64,000 nt of DNA from Limnothrix sp. BL-A-16 (lineage in GTDB: Bacteria; Cyanobacteriota; Cyanobacteriia; CACIAM-69d). The position numbers were made by a program, and so were the translations under genes. The notes beneath the pieces are model-generated. The model saw only the letters and a program-made list of their open reading frames with translations. It had not been told where the DNA came from and made no database searches. Positions 10,855 to 20,069 of this stretch are shown here, in pieces (position 1 is the stretch's first letter; each line of letters begins with the position of its first letter). The stretch is from positions 3,296,001 to 3,360,000 of the forward strand of contig CP166615.1 in assembly GCA_041937175.2 (NCBI GenBank), in the 5' to 3' direction.

Positions 10855-11940
10855 ATGACCGACTCTGCCGCCATTTTGGATTTGGCCATTTTGCATTTGG
10901 ACTGTGTGACCCGTCGCTATCAAACCGGGCCGGCGGCGGTTGATCGGGTAACGCTGACCCTAATGCAGGGCGAACTTTTGGCATTGTTGGGCCCCTCCGG
11001 CTGCGGCAAAACCACCCTGCTGCGACTGATTGCCGGGTTGGAAGTGCCGAACGAAGGAGCGATCGTGCTGTCGGGGCGACCCGTGGCCGGGCCGGGCGGC
11101 TGGGTTCCACCGGAGCGCCGCCAACTGGGCATGGTTTTTCAAGATTACGCCCTGTTTCCCCACCTGACCGTGGCTCAAAATGTGGGCTTTGGGCTGGATC
11201 GGTTGCGGAAACAGGCCCCCCAGCAAATGCGCGATCGGGTGGCCGAGGCGATCGCCCTGGTGGGCTTAGAAGGCCTGGAAAAACGCTATCCCCACGAACT
11301 GTCGGGCGGTCAACAGCAACGGGTGGCCCTGGCCCGATCGATCGCCCCGCAACCGTCCCTGATTTTGCTGGATGAACCGCTGAGTAATTTGGATGCCCGG
11401 GTGCGCCAACGGTTGCGCCAGGAAGTGCGGGCCATTTTGAAGCGGGCCGGAGCCGCCGCCGTTTTTGTCACCCACGATCGGGAAGAGGCCATGGCGATCG
11501 CCGATCGAGTAGCCGTGATGCGTCGGGGCCAAATTGAGCAAATCGACAGCCCTGAAGGTCTTTATTGGGAGCCGGATTCTCGGTTTGTGGCCGGGTTTGT
11601 GGCAGAAACCAACTTTTTGATCGCCACTCGATCGGCCCAAGGCTGGCAAACGGAATTGGGGCTAATTTTGCCGGAACAACTGGGCAACGATCCCCCGGGC
11701 GATCGGGTGGAGCTGGCCATTCGCCAAACGGATGTGACCCTGGAAGCCGATCCCCAAGGCCACGGCCAATTGCTGGAGCGACAATTCCTCGGGCGGGAGT
11801 ATGTTTACCTGGTGCAATTGCCCAGCGGCGAGCGGTTGCAAATTGTCACGGACTGGCGGTGCAAGCTGGAACCGGGCGATCGGGTGCATCTCAAGATCAC
11901 TAGCCCCCGATTGCGGGCCTTCCCGATCGGCCCAGACTAA
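10855..11940 (+). CDS. ABC transporter ATP-binding protein, Fe3+/polyamine type (FutC-like)
   Basis: Walker A GPSGCGKT, LSGGQQQR, LLDEP, and a C-terminal TOBE-like domain. Confidence 0.9.
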   Translation: MTDSAAILDLAILHLDCVTRRYQTGPAAVDRVTLTLMQGELLALLGPSGCGKTTLLRLIAGLEVPNEGAIVLSGRPVAGPGGWVPPERRQLGMVFQDYALFPHLTVAQNVGFGLDRLRKQAPQQMRDRVAEAIALVGLEGLEKRYPHELSGGQQQRVALARSIAPQPSLILLDEPLSNLDARVRQRLRQEVRAILKRAGAAAVFVTHDREEAMAIADRVAVMRRGQIEQIDSPEGLYWEPDSRFVAGFVAETNFLIATRSAQGWQTELGLILPEQLGNDPPGDRVELAIRQTDVTLEADPQGHGQLLERQFLGREYVYLVQLPSGERLQIVTDWRCKLEPGDRVHLKITSPRLRAFPIGPD

Positions 11941-11961
11941 TCACGGCGATCGACCCGCTTC

Positions 11962-12172
11962 GAGCCTGTCGTCATTTCCTGGGATCAAGTGAAAATGGTT
12001 GATCTTCCATACCCTAACCACCCTAGACAAGGGGCTTAAGCCCCTTGCCTCCCACGATCTGACAAGGCGAAATCAGGGTTTCAGACGATTTGACAACAAT
12101 CCCTAAGCCCCTTGTCCCTCACGATCCGCTAACGGTGGAATCAGGGTTTCAGACGATTGAAACGATAGGTCT
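11962..12172. mobile_element. MITE family B copy (11962-12103) followed by the right half of a second copy
   Basis: Begins gagcctgtcgtcatt and is colinear with 35424-35566. Internal palindrome at 12028-12047. Followed by taagccccttg..cacgatccgctaacgg..agggtttcagacgatt, a repeat of the right half. Confidence 0.7.
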
Positions 12173-12894
12173 TAGGCCGCTTGGGAGGGTTGATCGATCG
12201 GGGAGGCTTTGTGTTGGTCGATCGCGGCCTTGCATTGGTCAATCGAACCCCGATCGCGCAGTTGGGCCACCAAAGCACCATAGGCTCGCTCATTCTGTTG
12301 CAGCAGCGTCTTGGCTCGCAAAATCGACAAATTCATTTGGGCGGTGGCATTGGGGCGGTTGCCTTGGCCCTGGGTGCTGAGTTGGGCCCAAAGGCTCAGG
12401 AGCTTTTGGCGATCATCGCCGCCGCCTTCTGCGTTGCCATACACCAACTGTTCAGCAGCAATGCCCGCCATCCAAACGGTGGCGTAGTGACTGAGAATGC
12501 GGGCCGGCACTTCACCGCGATCGAGCCATTGGGCCAGCTCCTGATCGGCAAATTGCACCCCACCGGAACCGGGATAGCCCTGCTGGAACGCTTCCCAGGC
12601 ATTGAGGGCATAGCCAGAAACGGGAATTTCCAACAAGTGGGCCACCAAAAAATGGCCCGCCTCGTGGTGCAAAATCCGATCGCGGTGGGTAGTTGATCGG
12701 TTGGCAAACCAGTCCACCAGCAAGGTGCCGCCCCGACCTTGCCACCCAAAGCGATCGACCGCCGCCAATCCCAAAAAACCAGCGGTGAACAGGGCTGGCA
12801 CTTCCGCCGGGAGCGCAATCAAGGGGCCAAACAGGCTAGACAAGGTGACCACAAACACCCCGATCGCAACCAGATTGAGCGTGATGTTTCCCAT
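12172..12894 (-). CDS. Peptidase M41-like zinc protease (ATP-dependent Zn protease family)
   Basis: Two N-terminal TM helices, HHEAGHFL zinc motif, MAGIAAE..GGGDD. Confidence 0.85.
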   Translation of the reverse strand: MGNITLNLVAIGVFVVTLSSLFGPLIALPAEVPALFTAGFLGLAAVDRFGWQGRGGTLLVDWFANRSTTHRDRILHHEAGHFLVAHLLEIPVSGYALNAWEAFQQGYPGSGGVQFADQELAQWLDRGEVPARILSHYATVWMAGIAAEQLVYGNAEGGGDDRQKLLSLWAQLSTQGQGNRPNATAQMNLSILRAKTLLQQNERAYGALVAQLRDRGSIDQCKAAIDQHKASPIDQPSQAA

Positions 12895-12974
12895 AGCGGC
12901 GGTGGCAAAGCGGCCAAAAACGGTATAAAGAACAGTATTTGTAGCTTAATAGTTTTTTCATAGAAACCCCTATC

Positions 12975-13730
12975 ATGAGCGGAATTCCCCAGGATTTAGC
13001 CGAGGCGATCGCCCAAGCCCGCACCGCCACCCTTGCCGCTTTGGATGAGGGACTAACGCTCATTCAGGTGGAATTGGTTTTGCCGGAGCTGAAAGTGATG
13101 CCCGTGGCGGAAAGTTTCCTCGCGGCCTTGGAACCCTGGGGCGATCGGCTCAAAATCTTCTTCCCCGACGCGGGGGCAGCCGCCTTGGCCCGACGAGATT
13201 GGGGCGATCGCCCCTTTCGGATCACCGACGTGGGATCGGGGCGCACTCCCATGACCGGCAAGGTGCAACCGGAGGATGGCATCTTTCTGTTCATTGAACC
13301 GTCGGCCGTGGAAGTGACTCAGGTGGAGCAACTGTGCCAAGCGGCGGGCGATCGACCCGTGATTTTCCTAAATCCTCGGATGGAAGACCTGGCGATCATT
13401 GGCATTGGCTACGCGGGCCGGCAACTGCGCGATCGATTCTTAAACCGAATTGTCACGGCCTATTATTTGCGCCCGATCGAAGGAGCAGCCGTGCGGCGGG
13501 CTTTCCCGGGCCAGTGGGAAGTGTGGTTGGAACCCACGGACGACGATGCTGATTATCAATTGGTGGCCACCCGTCCCCAACGGCCCGCTGGCGAGGCCCT
13601 GGATGAGATCTTGCTGCAAGCCACTGGCGGCCAGGACACCAACAGCCCCAACGCGGCCGTGAACGCGGCGGCCCAGCGCCAAGGCTTCCTGGGGCAATTG
13701 CAAAACTTCCTGAAGGCCCTCAGCAACTAG
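12975..13730 (+). CDS. DUF1995 family protein
   Basis: QVELVLPEL..FFPDAGAAALARRDWG..LNPRMED..GIGYAGRQLRDRFL. Confidence 0.85.
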   Translation: MSGIPQDLAEAIAQARTATLAALDEGLTLIQVELVLPELKVMPVAESFLAALEPWGDRLKIFFPDAGAAALARRDWGDRPFRITDVGSGRTPMTGKVQPEDGIFLFIEPSAVEVTQVEQLCQAAGDRPVIFLNPRMEDLAIIGIGYAGRQLRDRFLNRIVTAYYLRPIEGAAVRRAFPGQWEVWLEPTDDDADYQLVATRPQRPAGEALDEILLQATGGQDTNSPNAAVNAAAQRQGFLGQLQNFLKALSN

Positions 13731-13820
13731 ACCTTCCGCAGTTAGGGCTTCCGCCATTGGGTTAATCAACGGACTGAAGACAAGGGGAAGCGGGAAGCGG
13801 GTTTGAACACAAGCCATCGG

Positions 13821-14048
13821 GTCGATCGAGTCCGGCTGCGATGGCTAATTGTTCTAACCCCAACCCACCCAGACAAGGGGTTTAAACCCCTTGCCCCTGC
13901 GATCGAACAACGGCAGCGCGATCGGCTGGATCGGGTCGATCGAGTCCGGCTGCGATGGCTAATTGTTCTAACCCCAACCCATCCAAACAAGGGGTTTAAA
14001 CCCCTTGTCCCCACGATCGAACAACGGCAGCGCGATCGGCTGGATCGG
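13821..14048. repeat. Two near-identical 114-bp tandem units, each containing the palindrome caaggggtttaaaccccttg
   Basis: Units start at 13821 and 13935; palindromes at 13874-13893 and 13988-14007. Confidence 0.92.
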
Positions 14049-14238
14049 CTCGATCGGCTACAGTCGTCACCGTAACTTGTGACGATTCTCACGGGCGATC
14101 GTGGATCAGGTATTAAGCGGTCAAAACCCGATGGCGCTAAGCTGTAAGTCGAATTAACGGCGGTCTGCGAGGAACCCCCCCATCAGATCGCGATCGTGAA
14201 CTGGCATGTTGGGGCGATCGCACGTCAAGATAATAGGT

Positions 14239-14997
14239 ATGGATGCGACTTCAGCGACTCGAAAAATTGTCATTGGTGATGTCCACGGACAATACGATGG
14301 CTTAATGCACTTGTTGGGCTTGATTGCACCTGGCCAGGATGATCAGCTCTGCTTTGTGGGTGATTTAATCGATCGCGGCCCCAAAAGTGCCCAGGTGGTG
14401 GATTTCGTGATGCATAGCCCCTACCAATGCTTGCTGGGGAATCACGAACGCATGTTGCTGGACATTTTGCACGAGGGTCAAGTGCTGCAACAGCCGCTGC
14501 AAGCCTGGCTCTTCAGCGGCGGACAAATGACCCTGGTGAGCTACCAAGATTTTTATGGCGAGCCGGGAATTCCCCACGCGCACTTTGACTGGATGCGATC
14601 GCTCCCCCTTTACGTTGATTGGGGTGACTATTGGATCGTCCATGCGGGGGTGGATCCCACTTTGCCCTTAGATGTGCAAGGCATTCAGCAGTTTTGTTGG
14701 ATCCGTGACTCGTTCCACAGCTTCCCTCAGCCCTACTTCAACGACAAAACGATCGTGACGGGCCACACCATCACCTTCACACTCCCGGGGATTGAGCCGG
14801 GGCAATTGGCTCGGGGGCCCGGCTGGCTGGACATTGACACCGGAGCCTATCACCCCCGCAGTGGTTGGTTGACGGGCGTTGACCTCACTCAGCAAATGGT
14901 CTATCAGGTCAATATCTATCGCAGTGAAACCCGAATTCGACCCCTGGCGGAAGCGACGATTTCGATCATGCCAGAGGCCGTGGTGGGTCGATTCTAG
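14239..14997 (+). CDS. Metallophosphoesterase (PPP-family Ser/Thr phosphatase)
   Basis: GDVHG, GDLIDRG, GNHE, VHAG, GHT and DTGA motifs. Confidence 0.92.
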   Translation: MDATSATRKIVIGDVHGQYDGLMHLLGLIAPGQDDQLCFVGDLIDRGPKSAQVVDFVMHSPYQCLLGNHERMLLDILHEGQVLQQPLQAWLFSGGQMTLVSYQDFYGEPGIPHAHFDWMRSLPLYVDWGDYWIVHAGVDPTLPLDVQGIQQFCWIRDSFHSFPQPYFNDKTIVTGHTITFTLPGIEPGQLARGPGWLDIDTGAYHPRSGWLTGVDLTQQMVYQVNIYRSETRIRPLAEATISIMPEAVVGRF

Positions 14998-15040
14998 GGG
15001 CGATCGCCCTTGTTCAGTGCCCTTGTTCAGTGCCTTGCCG

Positions 15041-15874
15041 CTAGCGCAGGGCTGATCGCACAAATCCTTGATATTCCGCATTGTCCAGCCCCATGCCATT
15101 GCTGCCGTTGGGGCCAATCAGTTGCAGCAATCGCGCCACCCGTTCATCGCTGTTGGGGTGGGTGCTGAGGATGGCAGGCGGCTCCCGCCGACTACGAAGT
15201 TTTTGTAAAAAGCTGGGCAACCCGATCGGGGCATATTGGGCCCGTTGCAGCAGGGTCACCCCCACCTGATCCGACTCGAACTCCGCTTGGCGACTGCGGG
15301 GCAAATTTAACGCCAACTCCACACCCAGACTGGTGGCCCGGCGGCGATCGAGACCCGTGGCGCTCAAAATTCCATCCGACAGGGCCCGGCTGCGCAGGTT
15401 TTTAACCACATGGCGCTCGGTGATGTGGCCAATTTCGTGGGCCATTACGCCAGCGAGTTCCGCTTCGTTTTCGGCCGCAACCATCAGCCCCAAATTGACA
15501 TATACAAAACCGCCCATGGTGGCAAAGGCGTTGATATCGCGGCTGTTGACCACCCGAAAGGTGTAGGGAATGTTGGGGCGGCTGCTGACGGCGGCGAGGC
15601 GCTGCCCGATCGAGTCCACCAGCCGATTGAGGGGACTGTTATTCACGAATCGCAATTGGCGGCTCAGTTCCCGATCGATCTGTCGCCCTAAATCCACTTC
15701 TTGGGCATCGGAAAGGTTCGAGAGTTGATACACTTCAAAGCCGCGTCGGAGCAGGTCTAACCAATCGACCGCTTGGACACTCGGTGGTGTGCTGAGGGTG
15801 GTGATCACGGCCGCACAAAGGGCCAGCAAACCGTAAATCCAGCGGTGCGATCGCCCGGAGGTGAGGAAAGTCAT
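15041..15874 (-). CDS. M48 family metallopeptidase
   Basis: INAFATMGG, ELAGVMAHEIGH, SRQAEFESD, STHP, plus a signal peptide. Confidence 0.92.
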   Translation of the reverse strand: MTFLTSGRSHRWIYGLLALCAAVITTLSTPPSVQAVDWLDLLRRGFEVYQLSNLSDAQEVDLGRQIDRELSRQLRFVNNSPLNRLVDSIGQRLAAVSSRPNIPYTFRVVNSRDINAFATMGGFVYVNLGLMVAAENEAELAGVMAHEIGHITERHVVKNLRSRALSDGILSATGLDRRRATSLGVELALNLPRSRQAEFESDQVGVTLLQRAQYAPIGLPSFLQKLRSRREPPAILSTHPNSDERVARLLQLIGPNGSNGMGLDNAEYQGFVRSALR

Positions 15875-16229
15875 AGCTTCAGTTCCTTTGCCGATCCCTT
15901 TTCCCATCTATCATTGACCGGGATGCCTAAAAACTGCGGGATTCGATCGGCCACTGACGCGATCGACCAATCCCTAATGAGGCTTTCCTGAATGACGGAA
16001 TTTCCCATTCTCAAGATCCAACGACGCTGTACTTTGGAGATAGCAATCAGCAGGGGTTCATTAGCGGTCGAAATTGCCCAAATTCAACCATTCCCATCGC
16101 CAACATTTCCCACCTTCAGCATTTCCAACATTCTTCAGCATTGAAAACTCCCAGGATTCAGCATTTCCAGGATTTAGTATTTCCAACACAAGGGTTAACC
16201 AACAGCTAGGCAAGGATTGAGGTATTGGC

Positions 16230-16652
16230 GTGGAAACAGCGGAGCAAGCAAATCAGCAGGTGAACCCAATCCAAATCACCTATCCTGAGAAAACGGTGCA
16301 TCGAGCCGCGCGTGCTGTCCGCTGTGCGCCGTTTGGGGTGAAGTTCTACGAGTCCATGCGCAGTCGCAGTGTGGCGATCGCGGAGTTGGTGGGTGTGGCG
16401 GCGGTGAAACAATCCATGACCCGATCGCCCTTGAGCGAATTGACCGCAGAAAACGAACTGATGTGGCTAATTCAGGTGGGGATGTTACGACGGGAGGTTG
16501 ATGGTCAAGGTTTGACCGATCGATTCCGGCTCACACCCCTGGGGTTTTTGTTGCTCGATCGGTGGCAAACGAACCCCGCCGCCTGGACTCAGGGCCGATG
16601 GGGCGATCGCCTGCGGAATAGTCTGTGGCGCTGGGGACGATGGCCCCTCTAA
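16230..16652 (+). CDS. Npun_F0494-like conserved cyanobacterial protein
   Basis: ELMWLIQVGMLRREVDGQGLTDRFRLTPLG motif. Confidence 0.8.
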   Translation: METAEQANQQVNPIQITYPEKTVHRAARAVRCAPFGVKFYESMRSRSVAIAELVGVAAVKQSMTRSPLSELTAENELMWLIQVGMLRREVDGQGLTDRFRLTPLGFLLLDRWQTNPAAWTQGRWGDRLRNSLWRWGRWPL

Positions 16653-16840
16653 GCTTCGGCTTCTCGTGATCATTGCTCAGTTTCAGCTTCCAGTTCTGTC
16701 GCCCGGCTTCGGCCCGGATTTCGACGCGAACTTCGGCACGAATCCTTCCCCGCCGTGGTGAAGGCTCTTGCCCCTTAAAACATTTCAGTAATCGCAGTAT
16801 TGGGATAACCGATCGTTTATCGGTTCCGAAGTTGAAGTTT

Positions 16841-18259
16841 ATGGACACACAGGCTCTCAAAGCAATTTTGCTGATCGGCACAGGTAACGCGGCCGGGAAG
16901 TCGCTGTTGGCTTCGGCGCTCGGTCGGCTGCTGTATCGACGGGGTCTGAAGGTGGCTCCCTTCCAAGCCCAAAGCACCTCCTCGATGCTCTACACCACCA
17001 ACCAAGGGGAACAAATCGCCTATTTTCAGGCGGTGCAAGCCTGGGCGGCCCGCACGGAACCCCAAGCGGATTTCAATCCCCGTTGTCCCGGTGATCAGTC
17101 TCCGGAACGGGTCTGGGCGGTGCTCAAACAATCCCTTGAGCGGTTAACTCAGTCCTTTGATGTGTTGGTGGCCGATGGGGTGGGCAGCCCGGCCGATGCG
17201 TATTTGACGGGGCAGGATGTTTGTAACTTGCACTTGGCGCAAACCCTGAATGCGCCTGTGGTGTTGGTGGTGGATGCCGATCGGGGGGGCTGGTTGGCCA
17301 GCGCGATCGGGACGTTGGAGCTGATGGATCCAACCGAAAAAGCACTGGTACGGGCGATCATCATCAACAAATATCGGGGCAATCCCGATCGGCTCAAACC
17401 CGGCCGCGATTGGTTGGAGCAGCGCACCGGAATTCCCGTGGTGGGAGTCATGCCTTGGCTCCAGAACCTCTTCCCCTCGCCCGAGTCGATCGACCTGTTT
17501 GCTCGCCGTCGTCGTCAATCGGATATTGAAACCACGATCGCCGCCGTCCGCTTGCCCCACATCGCCAGCTTCAGCGATCTGGATCCGCTGTCGGCCGAGC
17601 CAACGGTTTCCCTTCGCTACATTGATTTGGGTCAAGAATTGGGCTATCCCGACGCGGTGGTTTTGCCGCGATCGAACAACCTAGCCGAAGATCTCCAGGC
17701 CCTGCACCAATCCGGCTTTGCGGAAGATCTCCAGCAATACGCGATCGCGGGCGGCACTATTTTGGGCATTGGCGAAGGATTCCAGATGCTGGGTCGCCAA
17801 GTGGTGCAACTGCAAGGGCTAGACACCGCTTCCCAAGAACTGATGGGGCTGGATCTGTTGCCCATCTCCAGCATCACCACGGGCGACTGGATCGATCGGG
17901 AACGCCAGGCCACCTCCAACTATCCCCAAGCGGGCTTACCGGTCACCAGCCGTGAATTTCGCCAAAGCTACACCCAAATTTTGGACAACCAAAGCGTGCA
18001 ATCTCTCTTTGACGATTCCAAGCTGGGCGTAGTGTCCAGCAGCCAACTGGTTTGGGGAACCTATCTGACGGACATTTTTGATAGCAGTCCCTGGCGACGG
18101 GCTTGGCTCAATCGTTTGCGCCACCAACGGGGTCTGTCTTCCTTACCCACGGGAATTCCCGACTACCGGGAACACCGGGATATGTTGCTGGATTCACTGG
18201 CCGACGATGTGGCGGTCAACATCAATCTCGATCGACTCTGGGCCGCCATCGGCCTTTAG
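16841..18259 (+). CDS. Cobyric acid synthase CobQ-like protein with degenerate catalytic motifs
   Basis: Colinear with cyanobacterial CobQ (AQAVQAWAA-like, DADRGG, INKYRG, RLPHIASFSDLDPL, PWRRAWLNRLR), but GICGG reads GIGEG and YLHG reads YLTD. Confidence 0.88.
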   Translation: MDTQALKAILLIGTGNAAGKSLLASALGRLLYRRGLKVAPFQAQSTSSMLYTTNQGEQIAYFQAVQAWAARTEPQADFNPRCPGDQSPERVWAVLKQSLERLTQSFDVLVADGVGSPADAYLTGQDVCNLHLAQTLNAPVVLVVDADRGGWLASAIGTLELMDPTEKALVRAIIINKYRGNPDRLKPGRDWLEQRTGIPVVGVMPWLQNLFPSPESIDLFARRRRQSDIETTIAAVRLPHIASFSDLDPLSAEPTVSLRYIDLGQELGYPDAVVLPRSNNLAEDLQALHQSGFAEDLQQYAIAGGTILGIGEGFQMLGRQVVQLQGLDTASQELMGLDLLPISSITTGDWIDRERQATSNYPQAGLPVTSREFRQSYTQILDNQSVQSLFDDSKLGVVSSSQLVWGTYLTDIFDSSPWRRAWLNRLRHQRGLSSLPTGIPDYREHRDMLLDSLADDVAVNINLDRLWAAIGL

Positions 18260-18319
18260 TTTAAATAACGCAACAGAATGAGCGATTCAAGACGCGACTC
18301 AGGATGTTGCTCCAGAAAA

Positions 18320-18391
18320 TGGGTGACCTGGGATTCGAACCCAGAACCAGCGGATTAAGAGTCCGATGCGCTGCCGTTGCGCCAGTCACCC
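18320..18391 (-). tRNA. tRNA-Lys(CTT)
   Basis: Cloverleaf GGGTGAC/GTCACCC acceptor stem, GCGC D-stem, anticodon loop CTCTTAA, T-loop TTCGAAT. CCA not encoded. Confidence 0.93.
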
Positions 18392-18825
18392 TGGTTGCTT
18401 GTGGGTCAAGCTTGTTTATATTGCCAAAGATGCTGAAAAAGTTCAAGCACCTTTGCCAGAATTCACCCAGAATGGGAATGGAAAACACGATCGCCCCCGC
18501 CCAGGATCGCGATCAGTCAGCAAATTAGCCCCTCAGCGGCGAGACTCTCAGGTGCTAGACTCTCAAGCGCTAGATTCTCAGCCAGAGCACGACCAGGTTA
18601 GTTTGCCGTTTCCAAGCTTGGCATTTCCCGATCGGCTCATCTCCAGCATCCGCCAACCCCCGCGCACCCCGCCCAATCCGCTGCCCGATCGTGCCTTGGC
18701 AGCCGCTGGCGGCGATGCCCAGTGGCGAAAAGCGGCCAGTTCCGCGATTGGGGCCCCGCAACTCGGGATGAGTGATACCTTGGCTAGAGTTGGCATTCAC
18801 GGCGGCGAGTTGGGAGAGCAAGGTT

Positions 18826-19953
18826 ATGAGCGATCGCGATGGGTCCGGCATCTTGGCCAGTCCCGAGGTTTCCAGACTCAATGCTGAAATCGATCGCCTC
18901 AATGCCCACAACGCTGCCCTTCGTCTTCAGCAGGAACTGTTGGGCAGTTGGATCGTGACAGCCCGAATGACCACCGCCACCGGTTTGGTGTTGCGGGCCC
19001 TGACTCAACAGATCTTGGAAGCCCTACAATCCCTATGCCAGGCAGAACAGGGCAGTATTTTTCTTCTCGATGAGCACCTGCAAGCCACGGAATGTTTGTT
19101 GGCGCGAGGATCCACCATTCGGGAGCAAAAGCGAGAAATCGTTAACCAAATTCTGAAAGAAGGGCTGGCGGCCTGGACGATTCAGCACCGACAAATCGCG
19201 ATCGTGATGGACACCATGACCGATGAGCGGTGGTTGCAACTGCCCAACCAACCCTACACGGTGCGATCGGCCCTTTGCATCCCCATCCAGCGTGGAAAAC
19301 GGCTGTTGGCGCTGGCCACCCTCATGCATAGCCAACCGCACCACTTCACCCCCTTGCGTGTGGAGCAGGCCCAATTTGCCGCCGACGCGATCGCCCTCAA
19401 CTTGGAAAACGCCTTGCTCTATGACCAGCTCACCAGCACCCTAAACGAGGCCAAAGACGATCCCCTCAGTCACGAAGCGCCGTCCTTTGGGGGCGAGTCC
19501 AACGCCTTGCCCTCCTTGGCTAATCCCTTTGAAGACTCGATCGCCAGTTCCAACATTCTCCCCAGCAGCATCCAAAGCGCCGTCAACGCCAGCGAAGCCC
19601 GCGGCCTCGAAGAAACCGGCCTTTACATCACCACCGCCGAAGGGCGATTGCGTTACGTCAACCGCTGCTTTGCCCAAATTTTTGGCTATCGGCGGCGCGA
19701 ATTGGCCCGGGTTGAATCCATCCTGGACTTAATTCCCGTGGACTATCAAGCCATGCTGGTTCACAAGCTGGAAGACTGCATTCGCGACAACCAACGGCCC
19801 TTAAGTTGCCTGTTGCCGGGCCTGCATCGATCGGGGCGGTTGATTGGCCTCGACTTGTACGGCGAGCGGATTCACTTTTCCGGCGAACCGGGCGTGATCG
19901 GCATGGTGCGCCGGGTCGATTCGTCACCCTATCGCACAGGTAACACGGTTTAA
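18826..19953 (+). CDS. GAF + PAS sensor protein without an output domain
   Basis: GAF (GSIFLLD..DERWLQLPNQPYTVRSALCIPI..LENALLY) and a C-terminal PAS (YVNRCFAQIFGY). Confidence 0.82.
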   Translation: MSDRDGSGILASPEVSRLNAEIDRLNAHNAALRLQQELLGSWIVTARMTTATGLVLRALTQQILEALQSLCQAEQGSIFLLDEHLQATECLLARGSTIREQKREIVNQILKEGLAAWTIQHRQIAIVMDTMTDERWLQLPNQPYTVRSALCIPIQRGKRLLALATLMHSQPHHFTPLRVEQAQFAADAIALNLENALLYDQLTSTLNEAKDDPLSHEAPSFGGESNALPSLANPFEDSIASSNILPSSIQSAVNASEARGLEETGLYITTAEGRLRYVNRCFAQIFGYRRRELARVESILDLIPVDYQAMLVHKLEDCIRDNQRPLSCLLPGLHRSGRLIGLDLYGERIHFSGEPGVIGMVRRVDSSPYRTGNTV

Positions 19954-20069
19954 ACCGTTTAAACAGAGTTCGCCCGTAGCTTGCTTACTAGTGAGGTGGG
20001 CAATGCCCTACAGGTACTGGCTCTATTCTTGTTGCGCTCCTGCCCGATCGCGCCCCGGAGTTGTGGTGG

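Noticed and set aside
13766..14092. ORFs on both strands over the 114-bp repeat, and a possible mini-CRISPR
   Set aside because: The open frames arise from a 38-codon repeat with no protein-like signal. The sequence between the palindromes is duplicated rather than unique, so there are no spacers, and no cas genes are nearby.
18366..18887. 173-aa ORF overlapping tRNA-Lys
   Set aside because: It overlaps the tRNA and the GAF gene start, is low complexity and has no domain signal.
19993..20011. Degenerate GTAG-type REP (gtagggcattgcccacc on the minus strand); a similar trace lies at 33445
   Set aside because: Too short and degenerate to call with confidence.
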